Assembly (NCBI GenBank): GCA_944387505.1
Contig: CALXFG010000001.1
Coordinates: 148,247-212,246 of the forward strand
DNA from: an uncultured Clostridia bacterium
Lineage (GTDB): Bacteria; Bacillota; Clostridia; TANB77; CAG-508
Length of the DNA stretch: 64,000 bases
Reading direction: 5' to 3'
Shown one piece after another: positions 20,175 through 28,731 of the stretch. Every line of letters begins with the position of its first letter. Within the stretch, counting starts at the first letter, position 1. The position numbers were made by a program, and so were the translations under genes. The notes beneath the pieces are model-generated. The model saw nothing but the letters and a program-made list of their open reading frames with translations. It had not been told where the DNA came from and did not search any database.

Positions 20175-20351
20175 ATGTCTAAGAATCGTCATTTAATTTC
20201 TGAAAATTTAAGAGAAGAAATTGCAAGAGAATTAGGAGTATATGAACAAGTAAAAAAAGACGGAGGAAGCTGGGGAAATGTTTCTTCTAAGGATTGTGGA
20301 AATATTGTTTCAAAAGCAATTGAAATAGCAAATAGAGCAATAGAACAATAG
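20175..20351 (+). CDS. Alpha/beta-type small acid-soluble spore protein (58 aa; absent from the ORF track)
   Basis: My translation is MSKNRHLISENLREEIARELGVYEQVKKDGGSWGNVSSKDCGNIVSKAIEIANRAIEQ. It has the two conserved SASP blocks (EIA.ELGV and G..S.+.CG..V) and an AGGAGG RBS 7 nt upstream. Confidence 0.85.
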   Translation: MSKNRHLISENLREEIARELGVYEQVKKDGGSWGNVSSKDCGNIVSKAIEIANRAIEQ

Positions 20352-20456
20352 TTAAAGATATGGATAGAATTAAAAAATTCTATCCATATTTTATATATAG
20401 TTGCAAAAAAAGAAATTTAATCATATAATTCTAAAAAAGATATAGAGGTGAAAAAG

Positions 20457-21857
20457 ATGAAGGATATAACGGTAAAAGATATATTAGAATGTACAAATGG
20501 AAAATTGATTACAGGAAATGAAAGCTTAGTATGTAAAAAATTTTCTAAAGATACCAGAACAATAAAAGAAGGAGATATTTACATAGGAATTAAAGGAGAA
20601 AATTTTGATGGAAATGCATTTTGGAAGAAAGCATTAGATAATGGCGCAATGGGAGTCATTGTTCAAGGGATAGAATTTGATAAAAAAGATATGGAAACAT
20701 ATCAAAATAAAGTGATTATACAAGTAGAAGATACATTACAGGCATTATACAAGCTAGCAAGTTATAAAAGAGATAAATATAATGTGCCTGTTATAGCCAT
20801 TACAGGTAGTGTCGGAAAAACAAGTACAAAAGATTTGGTTGCCAATGTGGTTGCACAAAAATATAAAATATGTAAAACAATAGGAAATAATAACAATAAT
20901 ATTGGAATGCCATTTACCATATTAAATGCGCCAAATGATATCGAAGCATTTGTATTAGAAATGGGAATGAATCATTTTGGAGAAATTCATTTACTTTCTG
21001 AAATTGCCAAACCTAACATATGTATTATTACCAATATAGGTACTTCACATATAGGAAACTTAGGGTCTAGAGAAAATATATTAAAGGCAAAATTAGAAAT
21101 ATTAGATGGTGCTAAAAATCCATATATGGTTATCAATAATGATAATGATTTATTACATAAATGGTATGAAAAAAATAAAGACAAAATAAACATAAAGACA
21201 TACGGAATCAACGAAAAAAGTGATATACAAGCAAAAGATATTCAGTTATATGAAGATGGCAGTGAATACCAAATTCATTTAAACAATAAAGAAGAGAAAA
21301 TAAAAGTTCCTATTGGAGGGGAACATTTTGTATTAAATAGTTTATGTGCTATTGCTGTTGGAAAATTATTAAACCTAGAAAACGAAGAAATAAAAAAAGG
21401 GATTGAAACATTTTCTCTTACGAAAAATAGAATGGAAGTCATAGAATTAAAGAATGGCATTAAGATAATCAATGATGCATACAATTCTAGTGTAGAATCT
21501 GTAAAGGCAAGTTTAGCATATATGAATCATATGAAGGCGAATAGAAGGATTGCCGTATTAGGAGATATATTAGAAACTGGAGAATTTGCTTTAGCATTAC
21601 ATAAAGAAATTGGTAAAATTGTATGTGAAAATCAAATAGATATTTTAATTTGTAGTGGTGAAAATGCAAAATATATTGCTAAGTCTGCACAAGAGAATGG
21701 ATTTGATGAAAAAAATATATATTATTTTGAGAATAAAGAAGAGATTGTGGATTTATTAAAACAAGTCATTCAATCAGAAGATGTGGTATTATTTAAAGCA
21801 TCAAATGGCATGAGATTTTTCGATATAGCAGAAAAAATAAAGATAGAATTTAAATAA
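20457..21857 (+). CDS. murF: UDP-N-acetylmuramoyl-tripeptide--D-alanyl-D-alanine ligase
   Basis: Mur ligase P-loop ITGSVGKTSTKD, and synteny with ddl. The ATG at 20457 has better RBS spacing than the GTG at 20448. Confidence 0.9.
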   Translation: MKDITVKDILECTNGKLITGNESLVCKKFSKDTRTIKEGDIYIGIKGENFDGNAFWKKALDNGAMGVIVQGIEFDKKDMETYQNKVIIQVEDTLQALYKLASYKRDKYNVPVIAITGSVGKTSTKDLVANVVAQKYKICKTIGNNNNNIGMPFTILNAPNDIEAFVLEMGMNHFGEIHLLSEIAKPNICIITNIGTSHIGNLGSRENILKAKLEILDGAKNPYMVINNDNDLLHKWYEKNKDKINIKTYGINEKSDIQAKDIQLYEDGSEYQIHLNNKEEKIKVPIGGEHFVLNSLCAIAVGKLLNLENEEIKKGIETFSLTKNRMEVIELKNGIKIINDAYNSSVESVKASLAYMNHMKANRRIAVLGDILETGEFALALHKEIGKIVCENQIDILICSGENAKYIAKSAQENGFDEKNIYYFENKEEIVDLLKQVIQSEDVVLFKASNGMRFFDIAEKIKIEFK

Positions 21858-21901
21858 AAAACTTAAAAGGAGAATCATAAAAAAACAAAGGAGAGGATAG
21901 T

Positions 21902-22945
21902 ATGAAAACAAAATTAGGACTTATTTTTGGAGGGATGTCAACAGAAAATGAAGTTTCTGTTATGTCAGCAAATTCTATTTTAAAAAATTTAGATAAGAAC
22001 AAATATGAGATTTTTCCAATATATATTTCAAAAAATGGAAAATGGTATCAATATGATAATTTAGAAAATATTGAGATTAATGAAGAGATGCAGAATATGA
22101 AAAAATTAGAAAATATAATAGAATATCTACAGAATTTAGATGTGATTTTTCCAGTGTTACATGGATTATATGGAGAAGATGGAACCATTCAAGGATTATT
22201 TGAAATATTAAAAAAACCATATGTTGGATGTGGTGTTTTAGCATCAAGTGTAGGAATGGATAAAGCGTATACAAAAGTAATGTTTGAAAAAGCAAATATT
22301 TGTCAAGCACCATACATATATTTGAAAAAATATAAAGACCAATATACATATATAGATAAAAAATTTAATGAAAAAACAGTATCTTTAGAAGAAGCAACAG
22401 ATATCGTTGAAAAAGAAATTGATTTTCCAGTATTTATAAAACCAGCAAATTCTGGTTCGAGTGTCGGAATTAATAAAGCAAAAAATAAAGATGAATTAAA
22501 AAAATATATAGAATATGCAGGAAAATATGATAAGAAAATTCTAATAGAAAAAGGGATTGTTGGAAAAGAAGTGGAATGTGCAGTACTTGGAAATGATGAT
22601 GTAATTGCATCTTGTGTAGGAGAAATAAAATCTGCTGATGAATTTTATAGTTATGATGCTAAATATCAAAATGAAAATTCAAAAACATTGATTCCAGCAA
22701 ATTTAGAGGAAGAAGTTTCAAATGAAATCAGAAAATTAGCAATAAAAGCATTCAAAGCAATTGATGGAAAAGGTTTATCAAGAGTAGATTTTTTTGTAGA
22801 AGATAAAACAAATCAAATTTACATTAATGAAATTAATACATTACCAGGATTTACAAAAATAAGTATGTATCCAAAATTATTTGAAGCGGAAGGAATACAG
22901 TATAATAAATTGTTAGACAAATTAATAGATTTGGCACAAGAGTAA
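21902..22945 (+). CDS. ddl: D-alanine--D-alanine ligase
   Basis: Motifs FPVLHGLYGEDGTIQGLFE, FIKPANSGSSVGI and INEINTLPGFT. Confidence 0.9.
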   Translation: MKTKLGLIFGGMSTENEVSVMSANSILKNLDKNKYEIFPIYISKNGKWYQYDNLENIEINEEMQNMKKLENIIEYLQNLDVIFPVLHGLYGEDGTIQGLFEILKKPYVGCGVLASSVGMDKAYTKVMFEKANICQAPYIYLKKYKDQYTYIDKKFNEKTVSLEEATDIVEKEIDFPVFIKPANSGSSVGINKAKNKDELKKYIEYAGKYDKKILIEKGIVGKEVECAVLGNDDVIASCVGEIKSADEFYSYDAKYQNENSKTLIPANLEEEVSNEIRKLAIKAFKAIDGKGLSRVDFFVEDKTNQIYINEINTLPGFTKISMYPKLFEAEGIQYNKLLDKLIDLAQE

Positions 22946-23027
22946 ATGAAATATATTTTATATCACGAATATTCTGAAGTTTTTAGCTTGATGATGACAG
23001 AAAATTGCAATTAATAAATTGTATAAT

Positions 23028-23056
23028 AAAAAATCCATAAAACTATGGATTTTTTT
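23028..23056 (+). terminator. Rho-independent terminator after ddl
   Basis: Stem aaaaatccata / tatggattttt followed by a T-run. Confidence 0.75.
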
Positions 23057-23104
23057 CATTTTTATGATATAATAAAAACACCTGATTATTGGGGAGGATG
23101 TCAA

Positions 23105-23971
23105 ATGATTTTTAAAGATTATTATAAAATTTTGGGGCTAGAAACAAGTAGAGTTTCTATAGATGAAATAAAAATAGCATATCGAAATGCTGCTAAAAAA
23201 TATCATCCAGATGTCAATGTAGGAGATAGTTTAGCAGAAGAACGTATAAAAGATATAAATGAAGCGTATAGAGTTTTATCTGTGCCAAGTTCTAAAAGAA
23301 AATATGATAGAATATGGAATTCGCATAATTTAGTCAATAAAAAATTTAGTATTAAAGGAAAAGATTCTTTGGTAAAAATGTTTTTTGGAAACATCAAGGA
23401 AAATCATGAAGAAAAAAGAAGTAAAGAACCATTAAGAGGAGAAAATGTTGAAACAGAAATTACTACAACCATATATGAAGCTTTTAATGGTGCAGATAAA
23501 AAAATATCCTTACGAACAGTTGATGGAAAAATGAAAACATTTACCGTAGCGATTCCTCAAGGAATAAGGGATGGGGAAAAAATAAGACTAATAGGTCAAG
23601 GAAAGCCAGGTATCAATGGTGGTAAAAATGGAGATTTGTTTATAAAAATCAATATAAAGAATGATAAAAAATTTCAGTTGCAAGGTAGTGATATGTATAC
23701 AGACTTGTTAATAACTCCTTGGGAAGCGGCTTTAGGAACAAGAGTGAATATTCAATCAATTGATGAAGAAACAAAAGTATATATTCCGCAAGGAATACAA
23801 AGTGGAGAAAAAATCAGAATACCAGGTAAGGGATATAAAGATGGAAAAGGATCAAGAGGAGACCTAATTGCAGAAGTTAAAATCATGGTACCTAAGAAAT
23901 TAACCAATCAAGAAAAAAAGATATTTGAAGAATTAAATCATGTATCAACCTTTAATCCAAGAAATGACTAA
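23105..23971 (+). CDS. J-domain co-chaperone, CbpA-type (DnaJ C-terminal domains, no zinc-finger region)
   Basis: J-domain DYYKILGL...AYRNAAKKYHPD, DnaJ_C beta-domains, and no CxxCxGxG repeats. The ATG at 23105 follows the RBS ggggagga, whereas the track start at 23045 lies inside the ddl terminator. Confidence 0.8.
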   Translation: MIFKDYYKILGLETSRVSIDEIKIAYRNAAKKYHPDVNVGDSLAEERIKDINEAYRVLSVPSSKRKYDRIWNSHNLVNKKFSIKGKDSLVKMFFGNIKENHEEKRSKEPLRGENVETEITTTIYEAFNGADKKISLRTVDGKMKTFTVAIPQGIRDGEKIRLIGQGKPGINGGKNGDLFIKINIKNDKKFQLQGSDMYTDLLITPWEAALGTRVNIQSIDEETKVYIPQGIQSGEKIRIPGKGYKDGKGSRGDLIAEVKIMVPKKLTNQEKKIFEELNHVSTFNPRND

Positions 23972-24002
23972 GAAAAAAACACTTATTTACATAAAATATA
24001 TA

Positions 24003-24031
24003 TTGACAATATATGTATTTTCGTGTAAAAT
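24003..24031 (+). promoter_or_regulatory. Putative sigma-A promoter of the 24106-27088 operon
   Basis: TTGACA, a 17-nt spacer, then TAAAAT. Confidence 0.45.
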
Positions 24032-24105
24032 AAATAGTGGATGTTATATAAAATAAAACAAATGACAAGCTATGGATTAAAAAACATAGAAACGGAGGGA
24101 AAAAA

Positions 24106-24630
24106 ATGGAGACATGGGAAGGAAAGAGCTTTAGTATTACAGATCCAAAGGGAGTAAATACAGTCATCTATCAAATCATTAAAACTCCAAAACAATTGTT
24201 GAATGAATATCCTAAATATGTTTTAGAAAGATTAGAGTCAACAAATGAGATTAGAGGAGAAATGACAAGAAAGACTTTTTATGTAGATTTTCCATCAGTA
24301 GATCAAGACGATTTAGTTATATTGTCTTTTGGAAAAGATAGAGTGGTTGTTAATACTGCTATTTTGGAAGGTAATAAAGTTTCTATCAGCAAAAAACCAA
24401 TGCCTTTAAAATTTGATAGTATATATTCAGAAAATGAAACAGAAATTAAAGATTTCAAATATACACCAAATTTAAAGAGACCAATATGTGTCATTGACCC
24501 AGAAACTACAGAAGAAGTAAAGCCTGTACTTTATTTTGATGAAAAAACAAATGAAGTAAAAGGAAAATGTAAGTTGAAACCAAATAAACCTTATTTTGCC
24601 TTTGAAATCAAAGACAAAAAAGAGAATTAA
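24106..24630 (+). CDS. Hypothetical protein (174 aa)
   Basis: RBS ggaggga upstream. No recognised motif. Tightly linked to the next two genes. Confidence 0.5.
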   Translation: METWEGKSFSITDPKGVNTVIYQIIKTPKQLLNEYPKYVLERLESTNEIRGEMTRKTFYVDFPSVDQDDLVILSFGKDRVVVNTAILEGNKVSISKKPMPLKFDSIYSENETEIKDFKYTPNLKRPICVIDPETTEEVKPVLYFDEKTNEVKGKCKLKPNKPYFAFEIKDKKEN

Positions 24631-24644
24631 GGAGGAAAGTTTAA

Positions 24645-25013
24645 ATGAATAATCCAGGAGCAAAACGAAATTCGAGTTTAGAAAATGATGTATTGAGATG
24701 TTGTATTTTCTTACAAAGAGTCATAGAGAAGGAACTTGAAGGAGATGAAAAATACGCAGATGACGTTGCACATGGTGCAACAGGATTAGAAGAAACTGTC
24801 ATAGAAGGACAAGTTATTGATGCAACGACTACAACAACAACAAATGGACTAGAAGCCGATGGAAAAATGGTAAGAAGAGTTGGAAAAGGTCCAGTTATAA
24901 AATCAGCAAAACTACCTAAAGATGTTCAAAGCTTAAAAAGATTACAAGAATATAGAAATAAAGAAATATTAGAATCTAACAAAGAAAATACAGAGCCAGA
25001 TAAGGAGATATAA
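24645..25013 (+). CDS. Hypothetical protein (122 aa)
   Basis: RBS aaggagga upstream. Contains a Thr run. No recognised motif. Confidence 0.5.
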   Translation: MNNPGAKRNSSLENDVLRCCIFLQRVIEKELEGDEKYADDVAHGATGLEETVIEGQVIDATTTTTTNGLEADGKMVRRVGKGPVIKSAKLPKDVQSLKRLQEYRNKEILESNKENTEPDKEI

Positions 25014-25038
25014 ACAAAAGAAGAGTAGGTGATTTAAG

Positions 25039-27088
25039 GTGAATTACAAAATTGAAGGAGCAATCAGGAGAAATAGAAAAAATTTTATCATTTTTGCAAT
25101 ACTATGGATATTTATAGCCATAGTATTTGTTACGCCTATAGCACATAGTTCATTTCAAGCAAAAATAAGTGGACAATTTAATTTAGAAGTATTTATTGAA
25201 ACATTTGGAACTTCAATAACACATCCACTTAATACATTAGGAAGTGTTTTAACAGAAGGCGCAATGGGAACATATTTTTCAACATTAATGGTTGTAACAA
25301 TTTTTTATGCACTATTTTTCTTTATAGGATTTGTAAGGTCAGCTCCTAAAAACGAATTTTCTGATATAGAACATGGATCTAGTGATTGGAGTCAAAGAGG
25401 AGAACAATATCAAATACTAAGTAGAAATAAAGGAATTATTTTAGCAGAAAACAATTATTTACCAGTAGATAAAAGAGGAAACGTAAATGTTCTAGTAGTT
25501 GGACGGATCAGGATCTGGTAAATCTGCATCATACTCAATTCCAAATGCATATCAAATGCTAGGATCTTATGTTTTTACAGATCCTAAGGGAGAATTATAT
25601 GATAGAACAGCAGGCTATCTAAAAGCACATGGATATAAAATTAAAGTATTAAATCTTGTAAGACCAGAATATAGTGATGGATATAATCCATTAATGCATA
25701 TATCATCAGGATTAGATGTTGATGTTATTGCAAATACCATTATCAAAGGACAAAAAGCAGAAGGTGGAAGTTCAGACCCATTCTGGGATGACTCTGCTGA
25801 AATGTTATTAAAAGCCTTAATTTATTATTTATTAGCAACTAGACCAGAAGAAGAACAAAACCTAGCCAGTTGTGCAGAATTAGTTAGGGCAGCAAATACA
25901 AACGGAGGAAATAACCTTCTTACAGAATTAATGAGTCAATTACCATATGACCATCCAGCAAGAATGAACTATAAATCTATTGAAATTGCACCAGAAAAAA
26001 CATATAGTTCTATCTTGAGTTCATTACAATCTAAATTAGGTAAATTTGACTCAAAAGAAATTGCAGAATTAACTTCAACAGATACCATTAATTTCGAAGA
26101 AATAGGAAATGAGAAAACAGCTGTATACGTTATATCTTCAGATACACATACAGCATATGACTTCTTATTAACCATATTCTTTGCGCAGATGATACAACAA
26201 TTATACGACTATGCAGACCAAAATGGAGGAGCATTAAAAGAACAAACCTTCTTCATATTAGATGAGTTTGCCAATATTGGTAAAATACCTGATTTTGATA
26301 AAAAAATCTCTACGTCTAGAAGTAGAAAAATATCATTTAGTGTTATATTACAAAATATAGACCAATTAGAGGCAGTATATGAGAAATCATATGAAACCAT
26401 CATGGGTAACTGTGATACACATGTATTCTTAGGAAGTAACTCATACAAGACAGTGGAATATTTCTCAAAAGCACTAGGAGAAAAGACAATTGAAAGAGAT
26501 AGTATATCTATCAATAGAGATAGACAAAACTGGAAAACAGGAAAAAGTGTATCAGACCAAGTAATGGCAAGAGCCTTAATGACACCAGATGAATTAAGAA
26601 GAATGGATAATGATTTATGTATTATCTATGAAAAAGGAATTAAGCCTGTAAAAGCTCAAAAATTCTATTATTTCAAACATCCAATGGCAAAAGAAATGAA
26701 AAGATTAGAGATTAGTCATAATGATATTGGCGAAATTGAAAGAGGAACATGGAGAAAATATAATCCATATAATCCTTATGTGCCAGAAGATGAGAAAAAA
26801 GAAAAAGTAGATAATTTGAAAGTAGAATCTTTAGATGATTTATTTGATGATGATATAACATCTAAAGAAGACAAAAAAGAAGAAACAAAACCAGTTACAG
26901 AACCAATAAATAAACAACCTGAAAAAAATATACAAAAACAGGAAAAGACTTTAGACTTAAATAGTTTTGACGATGCACCAATTTTGCCACAAGAAACAAC
27001 AGAAGAAGATGATGATATATATGATTTACAAAAAGAATTAGAAGCAAAATTTGATGAACTATTTGGTCCATTAAATGAAGACAATTAA
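25039..27088 (+). CDS. VirD4/TraG-family type IV secretion coupling protein, interrupted by one +1 frame break inside the Walker A motif (at CGG-A, 25504-25507)
   Basis: The N-terminal part has two TM helices and ends VLVVG. The second ORF continues GSGSGKS. Walker B is FFILDEFANIG, and the region STSRSRKISFSVILQNIDQLEAVY is typical of T4CPs. The tail is acidic. Skipping C25504 gives VVGGSGSGKS. Confidence 0.85.
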
Positions 27089-27099
27089 TCTCCAATTGG

Positions 27100-27423
27100 G
27101 GACTCTTTAAGGGAATTTGGGGACGGACTCATTTTTCCCTTTTTAAATATTATAAAAAATAGAAAAATATAGAATATAAAGTCATTACACAATTTTGTAT
27201 AAGCTAAATTTTCATAGAAATTCTAAAAGAAAAAAGTGAGCCTCTTTCATTGTGGCTATCAAACTTAAGCCAAATGAACAGTCCTCACTTTTTTCTTTAA
27301 CAATTTCTAATTTCAAATTTAGATACGCAAAATCGTTTCATTTTTTTATATTCTATATTTTTTTATTTCTAATTAACAAAAAAGGGAAAAATGAGTCCGT
27401 CCCCAAATTCCCTTAAAGTGTCC
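27100..27423. repeat. 324-bp nested imperfect palindrome (terminal inverted repeats 27100-27180 / 27345-27423)
   Basis: The outer 43 bp match at 42 of 43 positions (ggac[t/a]ctttaagggaatttggggacggactcatttttcccttt). An inner 18 bp is perfect. The centre holds a further 16-17 bp stem (27224-27240 / 27284-27300). Confidence 0.8.
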
Positions 27424-27558
27424 TCAAACAGAAACGTTTTCAATGAGACATGCAATGAGAAAAACCAAAAAAACTTTCGCCTATCTACTTGAAAAAAAAC
27501 AACAATTAAGATACAATCATAGCTATAAGAAAAAGAAAGAAAAGAGGAAAATAAAAAT

Positions 27559-28641
27559 ATGAAATTTGTGCATATAGCAGATATACATTTTGATAGCCCT
27601 TTTGTGAATTTGTCAGATAGAGAAAACCTAGGGGATATCAAAAGATTGGAGCAAAGAAGAGTTTTTAAAAAAGTAATTGACTATATAAAAGAAAATATGA
27701 TTGATTTTTTGTTTATTGCAGGAGATGTATATGAACAACAATATATCAGAAAATCAACCATAGAATATATAAATGACCTATTTAAAGAAATTCCAAATAC
27801 AAAAATATATATTAGTCCAGGAAATCATGATCCATATATCAAAAATTCTTACTATAATCAATTTAAATGGAATGACAATGTACATATATTTTCATCAAAA
27901 TTTGAAAAGATAGCATTAGAAAATATAGATATATATGGATATGGTTTTGATGATTTTTATTGTACAAATTGTGGGATAGAGAATTTAGAAATAGAGGATA
28001 AAACAAAAACAAATATATTAGTGATACATAGTACAATTGATGGAGCTAACTTAGAAGAAAAACAATATAATTCTATTCCTAAAAGAGTATTGGAAGAAAA
28101 AGGATTTGATTATGTAGCAACTGGGCATATTCATAAATTAGATTATCATACATATGAAAATCAAAAGATTGTATATCCTGGTTCTTTAATTTCTTTGGGA
28201 TTTGATGAATTAGGTAAACATGGAATGATTGTAGGGGAAATAAACAAAAATAAAGAATTAAAAACAGAATTTATTCCATTAAGTGAAAATGATTTTGAGG
28301 AAATAGAGTTTGATGTAACAGAATGTATTTCTAAAGATGAATTAATAGAAAAGATAAATGATTTAGAAATAAAGGACAATCAATTAATAAAAATCATACT
28401 TACAGGAAAAAGAAATTTTGAGATTGATAAATATGAAATATATAAATTAGTAACAAATGAAAGAATTATAAAGATAAAAGATCATACAAAAATACAATAT
28501 GATTTAGAAAAAATATCTAATACGTATACATTAAAAGGTTTGTTTGTGAAAGAAATATTAAAAGAAAAAGAAAATGCAAAGGAAGATGAACTAGAAATTA
28601 TAGAAAAAGCAGTTGAGATTGCCTTTGAAGCATTAGAATAG
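27559..28641 (+). CDS. Mre11/SbcD-like metallophosphoesterase (Bacillus YhaO-type)
   Basis: Calcineurin-like phosphoesterase motifs MKFVHIADIHFD, AGDVYE, GNHD and ATGHIHK. The gene is paired with a downstream Rad50-like ATPase. Confidence 0.8.
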   Translation: MKFVHIADIHFDSPFVNLSDRENLGDIKRLEQRRVFKKVIDYIKENMIDFLFIAGDVYEQQYIRKSTIEYINDLFKEIPNTKIYISPGNHDPYIKNSYYNQFKWNDNVHIFSSKFEKIALENIDIYGYGFDDFYCTNCGIENLEIEDKTKTNILVIHSTIDGANLEEKQYNSIPKRVLEEKGFDYVATGHIHKLDYHTYENQKIVYPGSLISLGFDELGKHGMIVGEINKNKELKTEFIPLSENDFEEIEFDVTECISKDELIEKINDLEIKDNQLIKIILTGKRNFEIDKYEIYKLVTNERIIKIKDHTKIQYDLEKISNTYTLKGLFVKEILKEKENAKEDELEIIEKAVEIAFEALE

Positions 28642-28731
28642 GAAAAGTGTAAGTTAAATGCGGAAGAATCTATATAGAGTCAAGTTAAAACTAATTTCTG
28701 AAACACAATAGAGAAAGGAAGGATCAAATTA

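Noticed and set aside
23045-23104. N-terminal extension of the J-protein ORF given in the track
   Set aside because: The extension overlaps the ddl terminator hairpin. The internal ATG at 23105 has a good RBS and gives the canonical J-domain N-terminus (DYYKILGL).
25499-27088. Treating the second T4CP ORF (TTG start at 25499) as an independent gene
   Set aside because: It would lack the two N-terminal TM helices and begin inside the Walker A motif. The upstream ORF ends exactly where the P-loop begins, so the two are one gene with a frame break.
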